A stretch of DNA of 63,848 nt, filler included, from Stramenopiles sp. TOSAG23-3 (GCA_900128585.1; 8 parts of 8 records of this genome joined end to end with filler, not necessarily neighbours in it); one strand, 5' to 3'. Counted from the first letter of the whole stretch, positions 32,677-44,679 are shown. Notes: generated by a model from the sequence alone, not told the origin. Program-made: numbers and translations.

Positions 32677-34749
32677 ATGGAATGCAAAGCAGCAAAGGAA
32701 GAGGACCACGTTACACATCAAACAAACAAACAAAACGGATCTGAAAAAAAAGTATCAAAACATACATCCCCGTATAGTCGAACGCATACTACAGTATTGC
32801 TCCACCAAAAGAAGACGCAACCAATGCTGCTCTCTTCCAGTCGGACGGTTCCCTTGAGGGCGTCGAGTCCTGCGATACCAGATAACATCCGTGTAATAGA
32901 AACGTCTGCGTCGGTGACCCTGCAGAAACGGTCCAAGACTCCGTCGCCAAAGCAAAACGGGGAGAAGGAAGTGGACTTCCATACACCTACAAAAGGGGAA
33001 GCGAACTTTGCAACCCTTCCCCCGCGTTACGTGTGGAACACAAACGGGAGCGCGGCGGCGATGACCGCCTCCTCGGCCGCGTTGAACAGCACCAATAGTA
33101 GCTATAGAGCAAATCCCCGCAGTTCGGCACAGAAGGAGATCGAAGTGTCCCCCGCAAAGCAGGCAAAACCAGCCCACTGGCAGGCCAAAATCGGCGGGGG
33201 GCGCGCAGGCCTCAGCCGTTCGTTTAGCTTTTCGACAGCCCCGAAGGCCCCGGGGGCCGGGCTTCGGTCGACCTTGCGGCTGTCCGAACTAGTCGGGGAG
33301 AGCAATGGGAACGGTGATGCGGGCAACGATGAGGAAATTAACTCGGCGATGGTCGCCACTTTTCAGACAGCGACGGTGGCAGGCGCCGCGGCGCCCAAGA
33401 AACGGGGCAGCGTTGCCCTCCGGCCCGCCAGCAAAGCAAAGGGGGCGAAGACTTCCGCTGCCGGGCGCAAAGTGGGAAATAGGAATAGTAGAACCACAAA
33501 GGCCGCCCAAAAGTCCACGGCGAACCAGGCCAGTGCCCCCCCGGGCAACCTGAGAATGAAAAAGCCTGCGTCGAAACGCGACATCAACAGCATTTCCTCG
33601 GACGGCTCCCAAGTTCGAAAAGTCAGGTTGCTCATGTCGCCCGTGCACTTCGACGACAAGGGCAGGTTCGTGCCCCAAATGGACGGGCAGCACGCCATGC
33701 CCTTGAGCAGCGAGATAGGCTCGGGGGCCAGCCGCCTGTCCGTGGCAAACAATGCGCGCTGCATGAACTCGCCGACCATGGGGCTGAGCGACTCTTTCGG
33801 AAGCAAAATGTTTACAGTCTCGATGAACAATAGACCGTGCTCCCCTTTTCAGCTCGTGCGACCGTTTGAAAAAGACTCGAACAAAATGATCAAGCTCTTG
33901 ACGGTGAAGGAAATTAACGCGCGCATCAACTCCGGGCGCCCGGGGTCCCCGATCGTCAACGTAAACAAGGCGGTCGCGCTGAAACACGAGGAGGACTCCA
34001 TGAAGGCCCGAGAGGACGACGACATGTACAACAACACCAGCGGGCGGACCATCACCGGGAGCGGAAAAAATTTTGCAGCGCACACCCCATCGCGGATGCG
34101 CAACTTGTCCGCGTCCCCTATCATGATGTCGGCCGCCGCGGCCAGCAAGGGGACCAAGTCCAAACGGGTCACCCTGAAGCCTACCGCGACGGTCAAGGTG
34201 GCCGTCGCCGCCTCTAGGCCCAGCGCTCCCGCGGTCAAGAGACGCGTGTCTGTGAAACGTATGAAAAGCTTTGTTGTCGGTGGGGGCAGGAACGTCGTCG
34301 AAAAGAGCAATTCAAATCTCAAGTCGGTAAAACGGCAGCTCAAAAAGACAGGGCCTGCGAAGAAGAAGAAGCCCACCGCGAGGCCATCCCAGAGCTCGGA
34401 CGCTTCCTGCGGGTACGGCATAGACGCAGCGATGATTTCGAGCCCAAAGATTAGCGAGCTTGCGTTTGAAGAAGTGCATGATGCGGGAGATTGGGTGTCC
34501 CAGGTGTTCGAAGACAAGGACGCCCCGAACTATCTGCCCAGTCAGACCCCAGCGTCGACAGATTCCATCATGATGGATCATGAGGCGGACAAAAACTTGT
34601 TCTGCAACGAGTTTATCGATTTAGGAAACGACGTGGTGCTGGCGAACGAGGGCAACGACCACAGCAGCGAGGCAATGGACTGGATGCAAACGGATGATTT
34701 GGTGTTGGCCGACGATGGTGTGACGGACGATTGGTTCGAAAACATATGA
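32677..34749 (+). CDS. Hypothetical low-complexity Ser/Ala/Lys-rich protein with acidic C-terminus (alternative start 32824)
   Basis: 690-aa ORF in a GC-rich island between AT-rich spacers. Confidence 0.75.
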   Translation: MECKAAKEEDHVTHQTNKQNGSEKKVSKHTSPYSRTHTTVLLHQKKTQPMLLSSSRTVPLRASSPAIPDNIRVIETSASVTLQKRSKTPSPKQNGEKEVDFHTPTKGEANFATLPPRYVWNTNGSAAAMTASSAALNSTNSSYRANPRSSAQKEIEVSPAKQAKPAHWQAKIGGGRAGLSRSFSFSTAPKAPGAGLRSTLRLSELVGESNGNGDAGNDEEINSAMVATFQTATVAGAAAPKKRGSVALRPASKAKGAKTSAAGRKVGNRNSRTTKAAQKSTANQASAPPGNLRMKKPASKRDINSISSDGSQVRKVRLLMSPVHFDDKGRFVPQMDGQHAMPLSSEIGSGASRLSVANNARCMNSPTMGLSDSFGSKMFTVSMNNRPCSPFQLVRPFEKDSNKMIKLLTVKEINARINSGRPGSPIVNVNKAVALKHEEDSMKAREDDDMYNNTSGRTITGSGKNFAAHTPSRMRNLSASPIMMSAAAASKGTKSKRVTLKPTATVKVAVAASRPSAPAVKRRVSVKRMKSFVVGGGRNVVEKSNSNLKSVKRQLKKTGPAKKKKPTARPSQSSDASCGYGIDAAMISSPKISELAFEEVHDAGDWVSQVFEDKDAPNYLPSQTPASTDSIMMDHEADKNLFCNEFIDLGNDVVLANEGNDHSSEAMDWMQTDDLVLADDGVTDDWFENI

Positions 34750-35397
34750 ACGGGGGCGGGGGGAGGGCGCTGTTCACGATCAAAAATTAAGAATTGTCAG
34801 AGTTGTTCGTCAAATTAATCAACAAGAAGTATGTTACTCTTACGTAGACTACCTCGTAGAAAAGATTTGCTTCGTTATCTTCTATTAAATTAATTCTTAC
34901 CATATTTAGCTAACATCAGCAGAAGGTGGGGGGTTGGTTTTGCCCAATGCTGCTGGATGCTGGATCCATCCAGCTGTGTGTGCTGTCTTATTATTTTATT
35001 AGATTATATAATATGATAGGACATTAGACTATGAATATATATAATTATTTTTTTTTATTTTGTCAATCTTATTTACCAGTCGTCTCGTATTATTATACTG
35101 TACACACTCTTCCTACGGTACCTTACAGGCTTACAGGTTAATTAATAAAATAAATATGAATAGATACCACCAAGAAGGGTAGTAGAGAGAGATGGAGAAG
35201 GCCCTGCTTGCCCTGCTGCTGCTGCTGCTCTGTTATAATATATTATTATTAATTCAGAGAACAAACAAAAAACAAAGATCAATACTTCAACTCTCTCTCA
35301 ACCAAATATTCACGACGAAAATGAAACGAAGGAAAACGTAATAAAAATTTCATCCGGGTAAGACAAATTAGAAACTTACGTGTACGTCAATGTTGGG

Positions 35398-37224
35398 ATG
35401 AAGTTTAATGTACCATGTAGAAGTAGGAAGGGGTTCGTTGCGGTGTTTTGGGCGGCGGTAGTAGTGGTGGTGGTTCCAAAGTGCCTCGGAGATAGCCCCG
35501 TGTGGACGTGCGTTAGTACAAAAACTTCCTCTAAAACTAGCAGTTCGTTCTGCAAAGATGTGTTGGTACCGCAGCCTGGCGTTTGCACTGACGATGGTAC
35601 ATTTGATGATAACCAACGCACTGAACATTATTACGAGAAACAACGCGGCCAGTGCAAAACCGCGAAAAGCAGAAAAGAAACCTGCCCCAACAGCCCGTCC
35701 CACTGCAGAGACGATGTGTTCAATAAGAGCACCTTCTGTGGTGGCCACAATCAGCGGTGCGTGCCGGGTCCTAATGATTCGTGTTTACCGTTCTGTTATG
35801 CAGATTGCTACCCGTGCAATTCCAAAAGCGATTGCGATATGCTAGTCTCGTTTGGCGTCGCCGCACCGCCAAGTGCGCCTTGCTTTTCGTTGGAAGGCCG
35901 GAGCATTCCACCGCACGTCGTCCAAAAATGGAAGTCGGCAGAGGGGGACGCCCCGCCGAGGCTGAATGATGTCCTGGAATCGATCGATGCGGCGGCCGCG
36001 GCCGCGCTGCACACCCAGTACCCGTCGGGGCAGGCAAAATGCGATTACCACGTCCTCCACTCTGATTTTTTTGATTACGAGCAGATCTGGCACTCGGGGC
36101 AGCTCTTAGGGGGGCTCCTCGCTTACGGAGAGTTTCGACAAAGTGCTTTACACATTTCTGCAGCCAAAAATGCGGGGGAATGGTGGGCGAGCCAATCGAT
36201 CAAAGTGGGGCCCACTGCTGGAATTGTTGCGTCGGTGGATACTAGGGAAGGGGGTCATGGGTGCATAACGGATGCGTGCGGCCCCACGGAAGATTTAACG
36301 GACGTTTCGGATGGCTCCACACCGCTGTTCCAGCTGACAAATTACACCAACAACAATCACTACGCGGACGCGGCATCCCGGTCAGCGCTGTGGCAGTTGG
36401 AGAACATGCCCGTTCAGGGCGTTCCTGGCCTGTACTTTAACGTGGTGAACATGACGACAGGGAAGCCCCTGAAGAACTCGTCGTCGGAGACGCTAGACGA
36501 CGTTTCCCGAAGCAACATTGAAGGGTCCCTGTTTCGCGATGCATGCCTTCACCTGAATGCCACCGGGGACACAACGAACAGTGCAAGGCTCTGCAAGGCG
36601 TTTTTGGAACAGGCCGACTACAGCATCAAACGGCAGCACCCCGTGACTGGGTTGTGGATGATGTGGACTCCCAACGACCCGTCGACAAACCGGTTTCACC
36701 CCAGGTTTAACGTTTGGTACGCCCTCTCGCTCCTTGAAGCGGCGGACCTGGTTGGAACGGACGTGGAGAGGAAAGAGAATTTCGTCCATGGGGCTCTGTT
36801 GACTGCAAGGACGATGGCAAAAGCGCAGCAAAAGTCAGGGACCATTTATTACTGGAACATTATTGACGACAAGACGGGGTCGAGTGTGCCCGTTCCAAAT
36901 GCAGCTTGCGGCTCGTCCGTTGCCCTGTCGATGAAACTGTGGCTCCGCCTGTACTACGACTTTGGCTACAAGGCCGAATTCTCCGTGCCAATCGTACGAG
37001 CCGCGTCTTGGCTTTTGGCTAACCAGTACGACAAACACCACGCGGACCCAAACCTCGCCGGGGCCTACTTTGAGCTCGGGTTTCGAAAGCTCGCAAAGTG
37101 GGACTCCCACCACGAGCTGGACGTGGTCCAAAGGGATCTGGCAACAAACATTGGCATCCAGGCCCTCGTTGATTTGTTAGAACGTTGCATCGTACGATTC
37201 GATGTCGATATATGCCCAGTTTAA
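35398..37224 (+). CDS. Secreted protein: Cys-rich N-terminus plus probable alpha/alpha-barrel (six-hairpin glycosidase-like) domain
   Basis: Signal-like VAVFWAAVVVVVVP; recurring helix motifs AAKNAGEWW, AASRSALWQL, RAASWLLANQ; WHSGQLLGGLL. Confidence 0.6.
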   Translation: MKFNVPCRSRKGFVAVFWAAVVVVVVPKCLGDSPVWTCVSTKTSSKTSSSFCKDVLVPQPGVCTDDGTFDDNQRTEHYYEKQRGQCKTAKSRKETCPNSPSHCRDDVFNKSTFCGGHNQRCVPGPNDSCLPFCYADCYPCNSKSDCDMLVSFGVAAPPSAPCFSLEGRSIPPHVVQKWKSAEGDAPPRLNDVLESIDAAAAAALHTQYPSGQAKCDYHVLHSDFFDYEQIWHSGQLLGGLLAYGEFRQSALHISAAKNAGEWWASQSIKVGPTAGIVASVDTREGGHGCITDACGPTEDLTDVSDGSTPLFQLTNYTNNNHYADAASRSALWQLENMPVQGVPGLYFNVVNMTTGKPLKNSSSETLDDVSRSNIEGSLFRDACLHLNATGDTTNSARLCKAFLEQADYSIKRQHPVTGLWMMWTPNDPSTNRFHPRFNVWYALSLLEAADLVGTDVERKENFVHGALLTARTMAKAQQKSGTIYYWNIIDDKTGSSVPVPNAACGSSVALSMKLWLRLYYDFGYKAEFSVPIVRAASWLLANQYDKHHADPNLAGAYFELGFRKLAKWDSHHELDVVQRDLATNIGIQALVDLLERCIVRFDVDICPV

Positions 37225-38599
37225 TTGGATAATTTATTATTTATAGTTTTAAAGAGTCAATACATTTGAGTGAGTGAGATGTGTGTGATTCGATCTCTAA
37301 GCTTTTTTTACAAATTTAGTACGAACGTAGTAGTAACTGTGCAAAATACACCAAATCAAAAATACGATGTTAGTTGATGATCTCTGCTCTATATATCATC
37401 GATCTACGTATTGTTTTTTCAAATAGAGTTATTCATAGGTTTCTTCTCATACTTGAATACGAGGAGTCGTCTATAATAATAATAATAAAAAGCTCTAGAA
37501 GACTACAATACAAGAGTGACCATAATATTAATAAAATTTAAGAGTAGAATTTAGAAAGTCAACTTGAAGAAATAAATTAATAAATATTTTATATTTTATA
37601 ACAGAAGAAGATACTACTATTTTTTATCTGTATTTATAATGCTATTCCTATTTAAAGCTTTGACTACTATTCTTCTCTCTCTGATCTCTGGATCCAATTC
37701 AGTTTTATCCACATTCCATTGTATTATTATATATATTATTCTTCTTCATGAATCATAAATTAATAATATAATTTTTAGTAGTACAGTACTGTAGCAAAGG
37801 CAAAATAATTATTGCTGTTGTTTCTTTGAGTACAAAACAAAAATAAAAAATCAATACTATTTCTATATTAAATTGTATTTCTTTTTTGTATTGGGTATTT
37901 GTACTATATACATACATACAAATAGCAGGTCAGGAATCGATGACGATATCATGACGGTCTGTTTTGAAGTTAACCTTCTATGGTATTCAATGTACTTATT
38001 CACGCACACTTTTATTCTTCTTCTAAAATTTTCTTTTTCTCCCTCCTTCTTCTTTCTCCCTTCTTTCTCCTTTCTTCCCCTTTTTTTTTTTTTTATACCT
38101 CCGTCCTTCTCATTTCCCTTGCTACTCAATGTACACATTTTATTTATAATTTATTAGGACTATCTCTTCTCCCGCCCCACCATCATCATCCTCCTCCTTG
38201 CTTCTTCTTCTTCGTTGTTGTTGTTAGTTGCTCTTTTTAGTTCTTCATCGAATGGTTTAAACCAATATATATAGGAATCGTATAACTCTTACTTTCGATG
38301 CATTCGTTTGACAAATAATAATACATAAACGATCGTATACAATCAAAGAGAGCGATTGATTTATGCGATCGTTGAACAGTGTCCACACAAAGTCCCGTCC
38401 TGTACAAAAGACAGTCCATCGCCTCGGGTGTGTGCCCCAACGTAGTATTGTGCCCCGCCGACACAAGCGCCCCCGTCCATTCCACCACTCTTTAGTGAAC
38501 CCGCCTGTTCTTCGTTGGACCCCAGCGAGTGCCCGTCAAACAACGCGCCGCACGACGATCGTAGCCGCCCTCTTGTAAAATTTCTGGTGCCCGTTCAAG

Positions 38600-39370
38600 A
38601 TGCCCCAACACAACCGTGCGTTGAGCCAAGAATCGAAGTCCGGGTCTGCAACAGTTGAAGATAGAGAAGCAGAGGCACTCTCCGCCCTTTTTGCCCTCTC
38701 CTCCAGCAATGCCGCCCGTTTCAAAAAGATGCCAATGATAGGATTTAGCAAAAAAAAGAGGCCCACGTACCGCAAACAGCCAAAGTCCCGTGAAAACTCC
38801 CATAGCGAGTCGAAAGTGTCGAAGAAGCACCCTGGTACCAAGCGGAAAGCGGCGGCTTCCGCCCTCTCAGACGATTACGAGCTGCGGCGCCGGGAGCAAC
38901 GGCGTTTGTCGGCTCAGGCAAGGCGCGAGAAGAAACGGAACACGCTGAGCGTTTCTGAGGACGCGAACAACGCCTTGAAGGAAAAGTTGGACCGTGTCAT
39001 GTCGCAGATGGAGGGTCTGGAGCCGAAAAAGCGCCAGGCGATCGAGCAGGCCTTGGCCGCCATTGCGCAGCGGGAGAAACGGCCCGACTACACTGCCATG
39101 CTCATGGACGCCAAAGAGAAACTGATGAACGAGGAGGACCTGGAACAGCCAAAAGCGTCAAAACCCAAACCAAAGGGGAAAGTGTCTCGTACAGAAAGCG
39201 AGACTTTCCGTAGAGAGCGCAATCGCCTGAGCGCAAAACTAAGCCGCTTGCGGAAACGAATTCGCTTAGAGTACTTGTGCGCCAGTCAAAATTTTATCGA
39301 GCACCAATTGCAGTACTTGCGGGAACACCTGTACGATTTTCCCACCATCAATTTTCCATCGCCAAGTTAG
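38600..39370 (+). CDS. Transcription factor with two bZIP-like basic regions
   Basis: RRREQRRLSAQARREKK and RRERNRLSAKLSRLRKR. Confidence 0.75.
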   Translation: MPQHNRALSQESKSGSATVEDREAEALSALFALSSSNAARFKKMPMIGFSKKKRPTYRKQPKSRENSHSESKVSKKHPGTKRKAAASALSDDYELRRREQRRLSAQARREKKRNTLSVSEDANNALKEKLDRVMSQMEGLEPKKRQAIEQALAAIAQREKRPDYTAMLMDAKEKLMNEEDLEQPKASKPKPKGKVSRTESETFRRERNRLSAKLSRLRKRIRLEYLCASQNFIEHQLQYLREHLYDFPTINFPSPS

Positions 39371-40274
39371 GGCGACAACCCATGCAGCATGGGGATTTTC
39401 CAGTTCCAGAAATATTTTTAAAAATTAGATACACACACATGTATCCATAATGTAACCTTGCGTGTGTGTGTGTGTTCTAATATATAACAAGAACAATCTG
39501 GTGCTTTCCTTGTAAGACTTAGTTAAAAGTGTTTCCGTTTTTTTATGTTCTTCGCTAAATGTGTTATCAGTTATTAAAATTAATTTTTATATATGATAAG
39601 CATATTAAAACAAATTTCTCAAGAGAAGACGACCGACATCTTCGATCAATAAATAAAAAAACAACGGAACGTACCTACTGTATACATACAGCACAATGCT
39701 GTATCCTGTTAGTAAAGTGGAGACTAGATGACTACTAAGAGGATAGTTTAAATTCTATTATTCTGATTCTGTATTATAGACTCCTTGTAGCTTGTAGTAG
39801 TCCTAATTAAGTATCCTACGTTTCTAGACGAATAGAATAGAAATATCGTAATAAATTATTTTGTACTCCGTAACTCTATGTACTCCTCCTCTTAAAAATT
39901 AATAATATAAATGTTGTGTGCCTCGCCTCCCCCCCGCCCCGCCCCCTACTTAAATCGACTTAAACCATACGTACACTCACTCTCCTTCCTTCCTATTTTT
40001 ATATATATTGCTATAGCTATTATAGGAGTATAAAAAATAGTTATTTTATTTCATTTTAGTTGTTGGCTTTTCGGTCTTTGTACAAAAGTACAAAAGTAAA
40101 CGAACGAACTCATCGAAAATAAATAAAATCCAAATCCAAATCCAATGCATCTAACCTAAATCCAATATCCAATGCTATTAAACTATTATAATAGTCTAAT
40201 TAAAATAATAAGTACTTCTCATATAGGATGTTACGATAGAGAATGAATTCTCAGATCATTTAGACGACTCCTCG

Positions 40275-40352
40275 AAGAAGAAGAAAGAAGAAGAAGAAGA
40301 AGAAGAAGAAGAAGAAGAAGAAGAAGAAGAAAGAAGAAGAAGAAGAAGAAGA
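40275..40352. repeat. (GAA)n microsatellite at contig end
   Basis: Read directly from the sequence. Confidence 0.95.
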
Positions 40353-40452
40353 NNNNNNNNNNNNNNNNNNNNNNNNNNNNNNNNNNNNNNNNNNNNTTAA
40401 TTAATTAANNNNNNNNNNNNNNNNNNNNNNNNNNNNNNNNNNNNNNNNNNNN
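40353..40452. other. Artificial contig linker
   Basis: N44-TTAATTAATTAA-N44. Confidence 0.99.
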
Positions 40453-40541
40453 AAAAAGGAGAGGCCGTTGCGAATTTGCCCGATAGGAAGTTACCCGTGT
40501 CAAAGGCTCTTTCTTTCACTTTATATATACAGAGTACAGAG

Positions 40542-41072
40542 ATGAGTGGCTGCTGTGAGAAAATTACCAACTGGCGTGGCCCAAACCGGTGCGTTCCCAT
40601 GTATGGGCACCCGGCCTCTGACATTGCCGTGTTTGTTGCGAACTTGTTTATGTTTGGTTTCGCCGTTGAAACGACGTACAGGGGGGTGGACAATAACGAG
40701 GTGTGCGAGTACCCGCTTAATTCATGGGTGCTCATGCAGGCCTTTATGATGTTTTTACTGCAAATTGTTGCTCCCCTCCTCCTCGTTATCCCGGAGAAAC
40801 CGAACGTGCTGGCACCCATGCTGTCGTTCACTTTATTTTTTGCGCAGTGGCTAATCCTACTGATCGGGTGGGTCTGGGTCTTCAGCCCTTCCAATTGCTC
40901 CTATAGTGCCCCATACTTGTACAGCGGTTCGTACTGGTTAGTAGTTGTTTACACCCTGGCGGTGTGTTTAGAGTCGGTTTGGTACGGAAGGATATACTAC
41001 GCCTTTCACAAAAACAACCCCAACCGGAACATGTTCGCACTCAACTTTGACGTTTGCAATTGCTACGCCTAA
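40542..41072 (+). CDS. Small 4-TM protein (TMEM272-like / TM module of RING ligases, no RING)
   Basis: C-x2-PLNSW...WLILLIGWVWVF...C...PYLY pattern. Confidence 0.6.
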   Translation: MSGCCEKITNWRGPNRCVPMYGHPASDIAVFVANLFMFGFAVETTYRGVDNNEVCEYPLNSWVLMQAFMMFLLQIVAPLLLVIPEKPNVLAPMLSFTLFFAQWLILLIGWVWVFSPSNCSYSAPYLYSGSYWLVVVYTLAVCLESVWYGRIYYAFHKNNPNRNMFALNFDVCNCYA

Positions 41073-41387
41073 GTGAGTCGGTTGAACCGCGTCCCGTTGT
41101 GTGTTGTACGATATATTTTTAATTAAATGCACCAACACTTAATTTACACCATACTATCATACATCCTTGTGAAAAACGTGTACAACTCTCTTCTTGCAAC
41201 CGTAATTGCGTTGGGCGTTCCGGTAGAAAAATGCAAATAATCGGGGTACTTTACGCGAGGGTTTCATAAATATCCCGTGTGGTGGTTTTATGTGAGATGT
41301 TTTAAAAAATATTATTATAGGAATCCATAAATTATCAAATATGCACTTCTCAATGCCGTTGCGCGTCGCCATCGATCCAATACACCC

Positions 41388-42062
41388 CTACACAAGTCGG
41401 AGGCCGAGCTGTCGCTGCCTCTGCCTCTTCCGTTCACCCTTCTCCATCCGGGTTTTATAGTTGCCAAAGTGCTTGTTGCGCTGTTCCCGGGTCCATGAAT
41501 GGTCGATCCGTGTGTCTTCCAACACACAAATGGTCAAATGGCACTGCGGTTTTCTTTTCACATCTATCCGTCCCCTGCCACGAAACCACACGCGCTTCAT
41601 GTACGTCCCTCGGCCAACATTCGCGCCAGCAACGTACAAATCCTCCGGCTTCAACCCGTGGTACCGCTTTGCCAAATCGCTTGCTTCCTTGACGGCCTCA
41701 GAAACGACTTTAGCCCGCCTCTTGTTCAAAAATTTCAGCTGGTCGAGCGCCGTCGGGACCGGCATCCCAACGACAAAGTTGGATACCATATTCATCTTGA
41801 ACACGCTCCCACGAAGGTTCTGCTTCACCGCCTGGGCACCCGCTTGCCCCGTCTTCCCATAAACTTCGTCCGTAGCCTCGATCTTTCGCTTCGCCCGGAT
41901 AACTTTGCTACTCCTATCCCTAGTCTGCAAAAATTGGGGGCTAAAGAACGGAAAAAATGGAACGGGTACCGTGCCAAGGCTACTTTGCACGTTCGTCGAC
42001 CGTGCAATGTGCCGTGAGAAGTTAACGGCAGCTGCCCCAACCGGATTCAGGGCTCGCAACAT
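41388..42062 (-). CDS. MRPL22: Mitochondrial ribosomal protein uL22m
   Basis: Transit peptide; GMPVPTALDQLKF, VGRGTYMKRVWFRGRGR, CHLTICV. Confidence 0.9.
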   Translation of the reverse strand: MLRALNPVGAAAVNFSRHIARSTNVQSSLGTVPVPFFPFFSPQFLQTRDRSSKVIRAKRKIEATDEVYGKTGQAGAQAVKQNLRGSVFKMNMVSNFVVGMPVPTALDQLKFLNKRRAKVVSEAVKEASDLAKRYHGLKPEDLYVAGANVGRGTYMKRVWFRGRGRIDVKRKPQCHLTICVLEDTRIDHSWTREQRNKHFGNYKTRMEKGERKRQRQRQLGLRLV

Positions 42063-42335
42063 GGTTAAAAATAAATACGTAAATGAAACGACGGTCAAAT
42101 ATCAACTCTACGCAGGTGAACAATAAACTACAATATGGTCGATCAAACCATGTCTAAATTCATTCATTAAATAAATGTTCCGTTTACTTTTTATTTACAT
42201 TACTGTTGATTAATAATAAACACAAATCGAATAATGAACGCCAAATAATAATAATAATAATATTTTTATTATTTTTTTTAAATAATAAGTATAACATGTC
42301 ATAATAATAATAGAAGAAGAAGAAGAAGAGGAGGA

Positions 42336-42375
<40 letters not shown>

Positions 42376-43157
42376 AGGAAAGAAAGAAGGAAAGAAGGAA
42401 AGAAGGAAAGAAGGAAGGACGGAGGAGGTCACATCGAAGAAGAAGAAGAAGAGAAAAAGGGAAAAAAATATTTATATTATATATAGGGATGGATTCATAT
42501 ATAATAGATACTATAAGTATATATATATAGGAACTTTAAACCAATGTCATTATATCACAGAACCACTGAATTAGAATTATATAGAAATACCATACAACCG
42601 ATTATTAAATATTACCCTATATCTGAACACTACGGTACCGGTACCAACACTCAAACAAAAAAAAGGTGGAGAAGAAGAAGAAGAAAGAAGAAGAAGAAAG
42701 AAGAAAGAAGAAGAAGAAAGAGAAGAAGAGAACAACAAAAAATAATTTAAGTCTAAGAAATGTTTTTAAAATAATTATTTTAATTCTATAATAAACTAAA
42801 TAAAATGTGGGTAAAAAAAAGAAGAAGAAGAAGAGCAACCGCAGCAGGGAATAGCAATAATAAAATAATTTAAAAAATAACAACACAAAAAAAAAAAGAT
42901 ATTGAATACATCATTCTTTCTTATACTTTTTTTAATCATTCTTTCTCTTCTTCTCAGAAGAAGAATGAGAACGCAAAACAACAATTTCAAAATTAATTTA
43001 GAAAAGTAAAAGTTTTAATATAGATGAACATTATTGATCCGTGGGATACAATTTAATCTTGGGTATTTTGTTTGTTTTATTTACTTGCATTGATAACTTT
43101 GAGACAGTCAGTATATTTGTAGACTATTGGAAAGTTTGTGCCACGCGTTCGAAGAAC

Positions 43158-44342
43158 ATGGCAGGTTATTATTGTAGTATCTTCTTCATAGCGGTCTGCG
43201 GCGTTTTGGTTGGCTGTGTCAGTGCGTCGGGGTTTTCTACGGATGTTTTTGTTTCGGTGGATGCTGGTGGTGTTGACTACCCTCCCTGTTATCGGCAGCC
43301 AGTATTGCTCGCTGTAGATAGTAGCACACTGCTGGCATTCAGTACTGGAAGGAACAAAACGGGTGAATCAAAATCACTTTGTAGCGATCCTGGCGACGGG
43401 TCACCGAACTATATGTGTCTGAAACGAAGCACGGACGGAGGGGTCTCATTTCATCCTCTGCAGATTCTGTTCGCGGGGTCCGGGGCCACACAACCAGACT
43501 TTTACGTATCTTACTACGACAAAGAATTGAAGCAAGTAGAACTGATCTTCAAAACTCCGAACGCATTGCTCAGAATGTATAGCAACGACGGGTTGCAATG
43601 GTCCACCCCAGAAGAAATTGTTCCTCTTTTCAATAGAACACGATTTCAAAACATTGGTCCTTCGGTAGGAAAAGGGATCGTGCTGAACCTGCAAGGGGGC
43701 CAGCGGACACTTCTACCGTTTATTTGCAGTTCAAAGAGCGAGACGGCCAATGGCGACAAGGGGGCTTGTCCAACTTGCCATAGTTGCATATTGTCGAAAC
43801 AAAAGGGTGGTTGGCAGATAGAAGCAGTTGCCTCTGGCGGAAGTAGAGAATCACAGCTGTTCGCTTTCGATACAGCAAGCGACGGCCCCGCCCCCCTCGT
43901 TGTTACCACGGAGCGAAACATGGGGAAACTGCCAGGGCACAGGAAGCAGGCGTACAGCTTCGACGGGGGCATGTCATTCGCAGACCAAACGGTGTCTACT
44001 GTACCAGAACCAGCCACGAAGAATTGGACGGGTATAAAAGCAGGTCTTGTGGGCCTTGCTAATGGGCTGCTTGTTCAAAGCCACCCAAATTCCACCTCTG
44101 CTCGCAAAGACCTTGTGCTTTCTGTGTCGGCGGACAAAGGCAAATCGTGGGAAGTAGGGAAGCTCTCCGTTTACCATGGACTCGCTGGGTACAGTGACAT
44201 TGATGTAATCGCCGACCTTACTGTGGGGGTGCTGTTTGAGAATGGAGAACATGGGTATGCTGACAAGATTAGCCTCGCCGTAGTGGACATGCGAGAATTA
44301 AGTTCGGCTTCGCGAGAACACCGTGTGAAGAAGGGCGTGTAA
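43158..44342 (+). CDS. Secreted sialidase (GH33, BNR repeats)
   Basis: Signal peptide; YRQP (RIP motif); Asp-boxes STDGGVSF, SNDGLQW, SFDGGMSF, SADKGKSW; GYSD. Confidence 0.88.
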   Translation: MAGYYCSIFFIAVCGVLVGCVSASGFSTDVFVSVDAGGVDYPPCYRQPVLLAVDSSTLLAFSTGRNKTGESKSLCSDPGDGSPNYMCLKRSTDGGVSFHPLQILFAGSGATQPDFYVSYYDKELKQVELIFKTPNALLRMYSNDGLQWSTPEEIVPLFNRTRFQNIGPSVGKGIVLNLQGGQRTLLPFICSSKSETANGDKGACPTCHSCILSKQKGGWQIEAVASGGSRESQLFAFDTASDGPAPLVVTTERNMGKLPGHRKQAYSFDGGMSFADQTVSTVPEPATKNWTGIKAGLVGLANGLLVQSHPNSTSARKDLVLSVSADKGKSWEVGKLSVYHGLAGYSDIDVIADLTVGVLFENGEHGYADKISLAVVDMRELSSASREHRVKKGV

Positions 44343-44679
44343 CGGGATTGGGAACCCTTTGAAAAACAAATTATATATAACCCTTTGATATTAAGAAATC
44401 TTTGGGGTCTTGAACGGTTTTACCTTCTTTTTTCTTTTCCTTTTTTGACTTATTAAAACATACCATATATAATTTGGTTTAAGAAATCTTTAAATTGTTA
44501 TCAGTAAACACTTTTAAAAAAACAAATTTATATAGTCCGCTTTATAATTTGTTTTATAGTCCGCTTATGACATACTATATAATTTGTTTTTTTTTAATGA
44601 TAATACGATTTTAAAAAATAGAAAATTCCTAAAAATTAATGAAAAAACAAAATTTACGAAAAACACAAGATCGACTAAT

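Noticed and set aside
40126-40172. (AAATCC)n-like tract as a telomeric repeat
   Set aside because: Only a few degenerate units, and internal to the contig.
42184-42990. Short Phe- or Lys/Arg-rich ORFs in AT-rich spacers (also near 14-15, 20, 22.4, 31-32 and 38 kb)
   Set aside because: Translations of microsatellite and low-complexity intergenic DNA.
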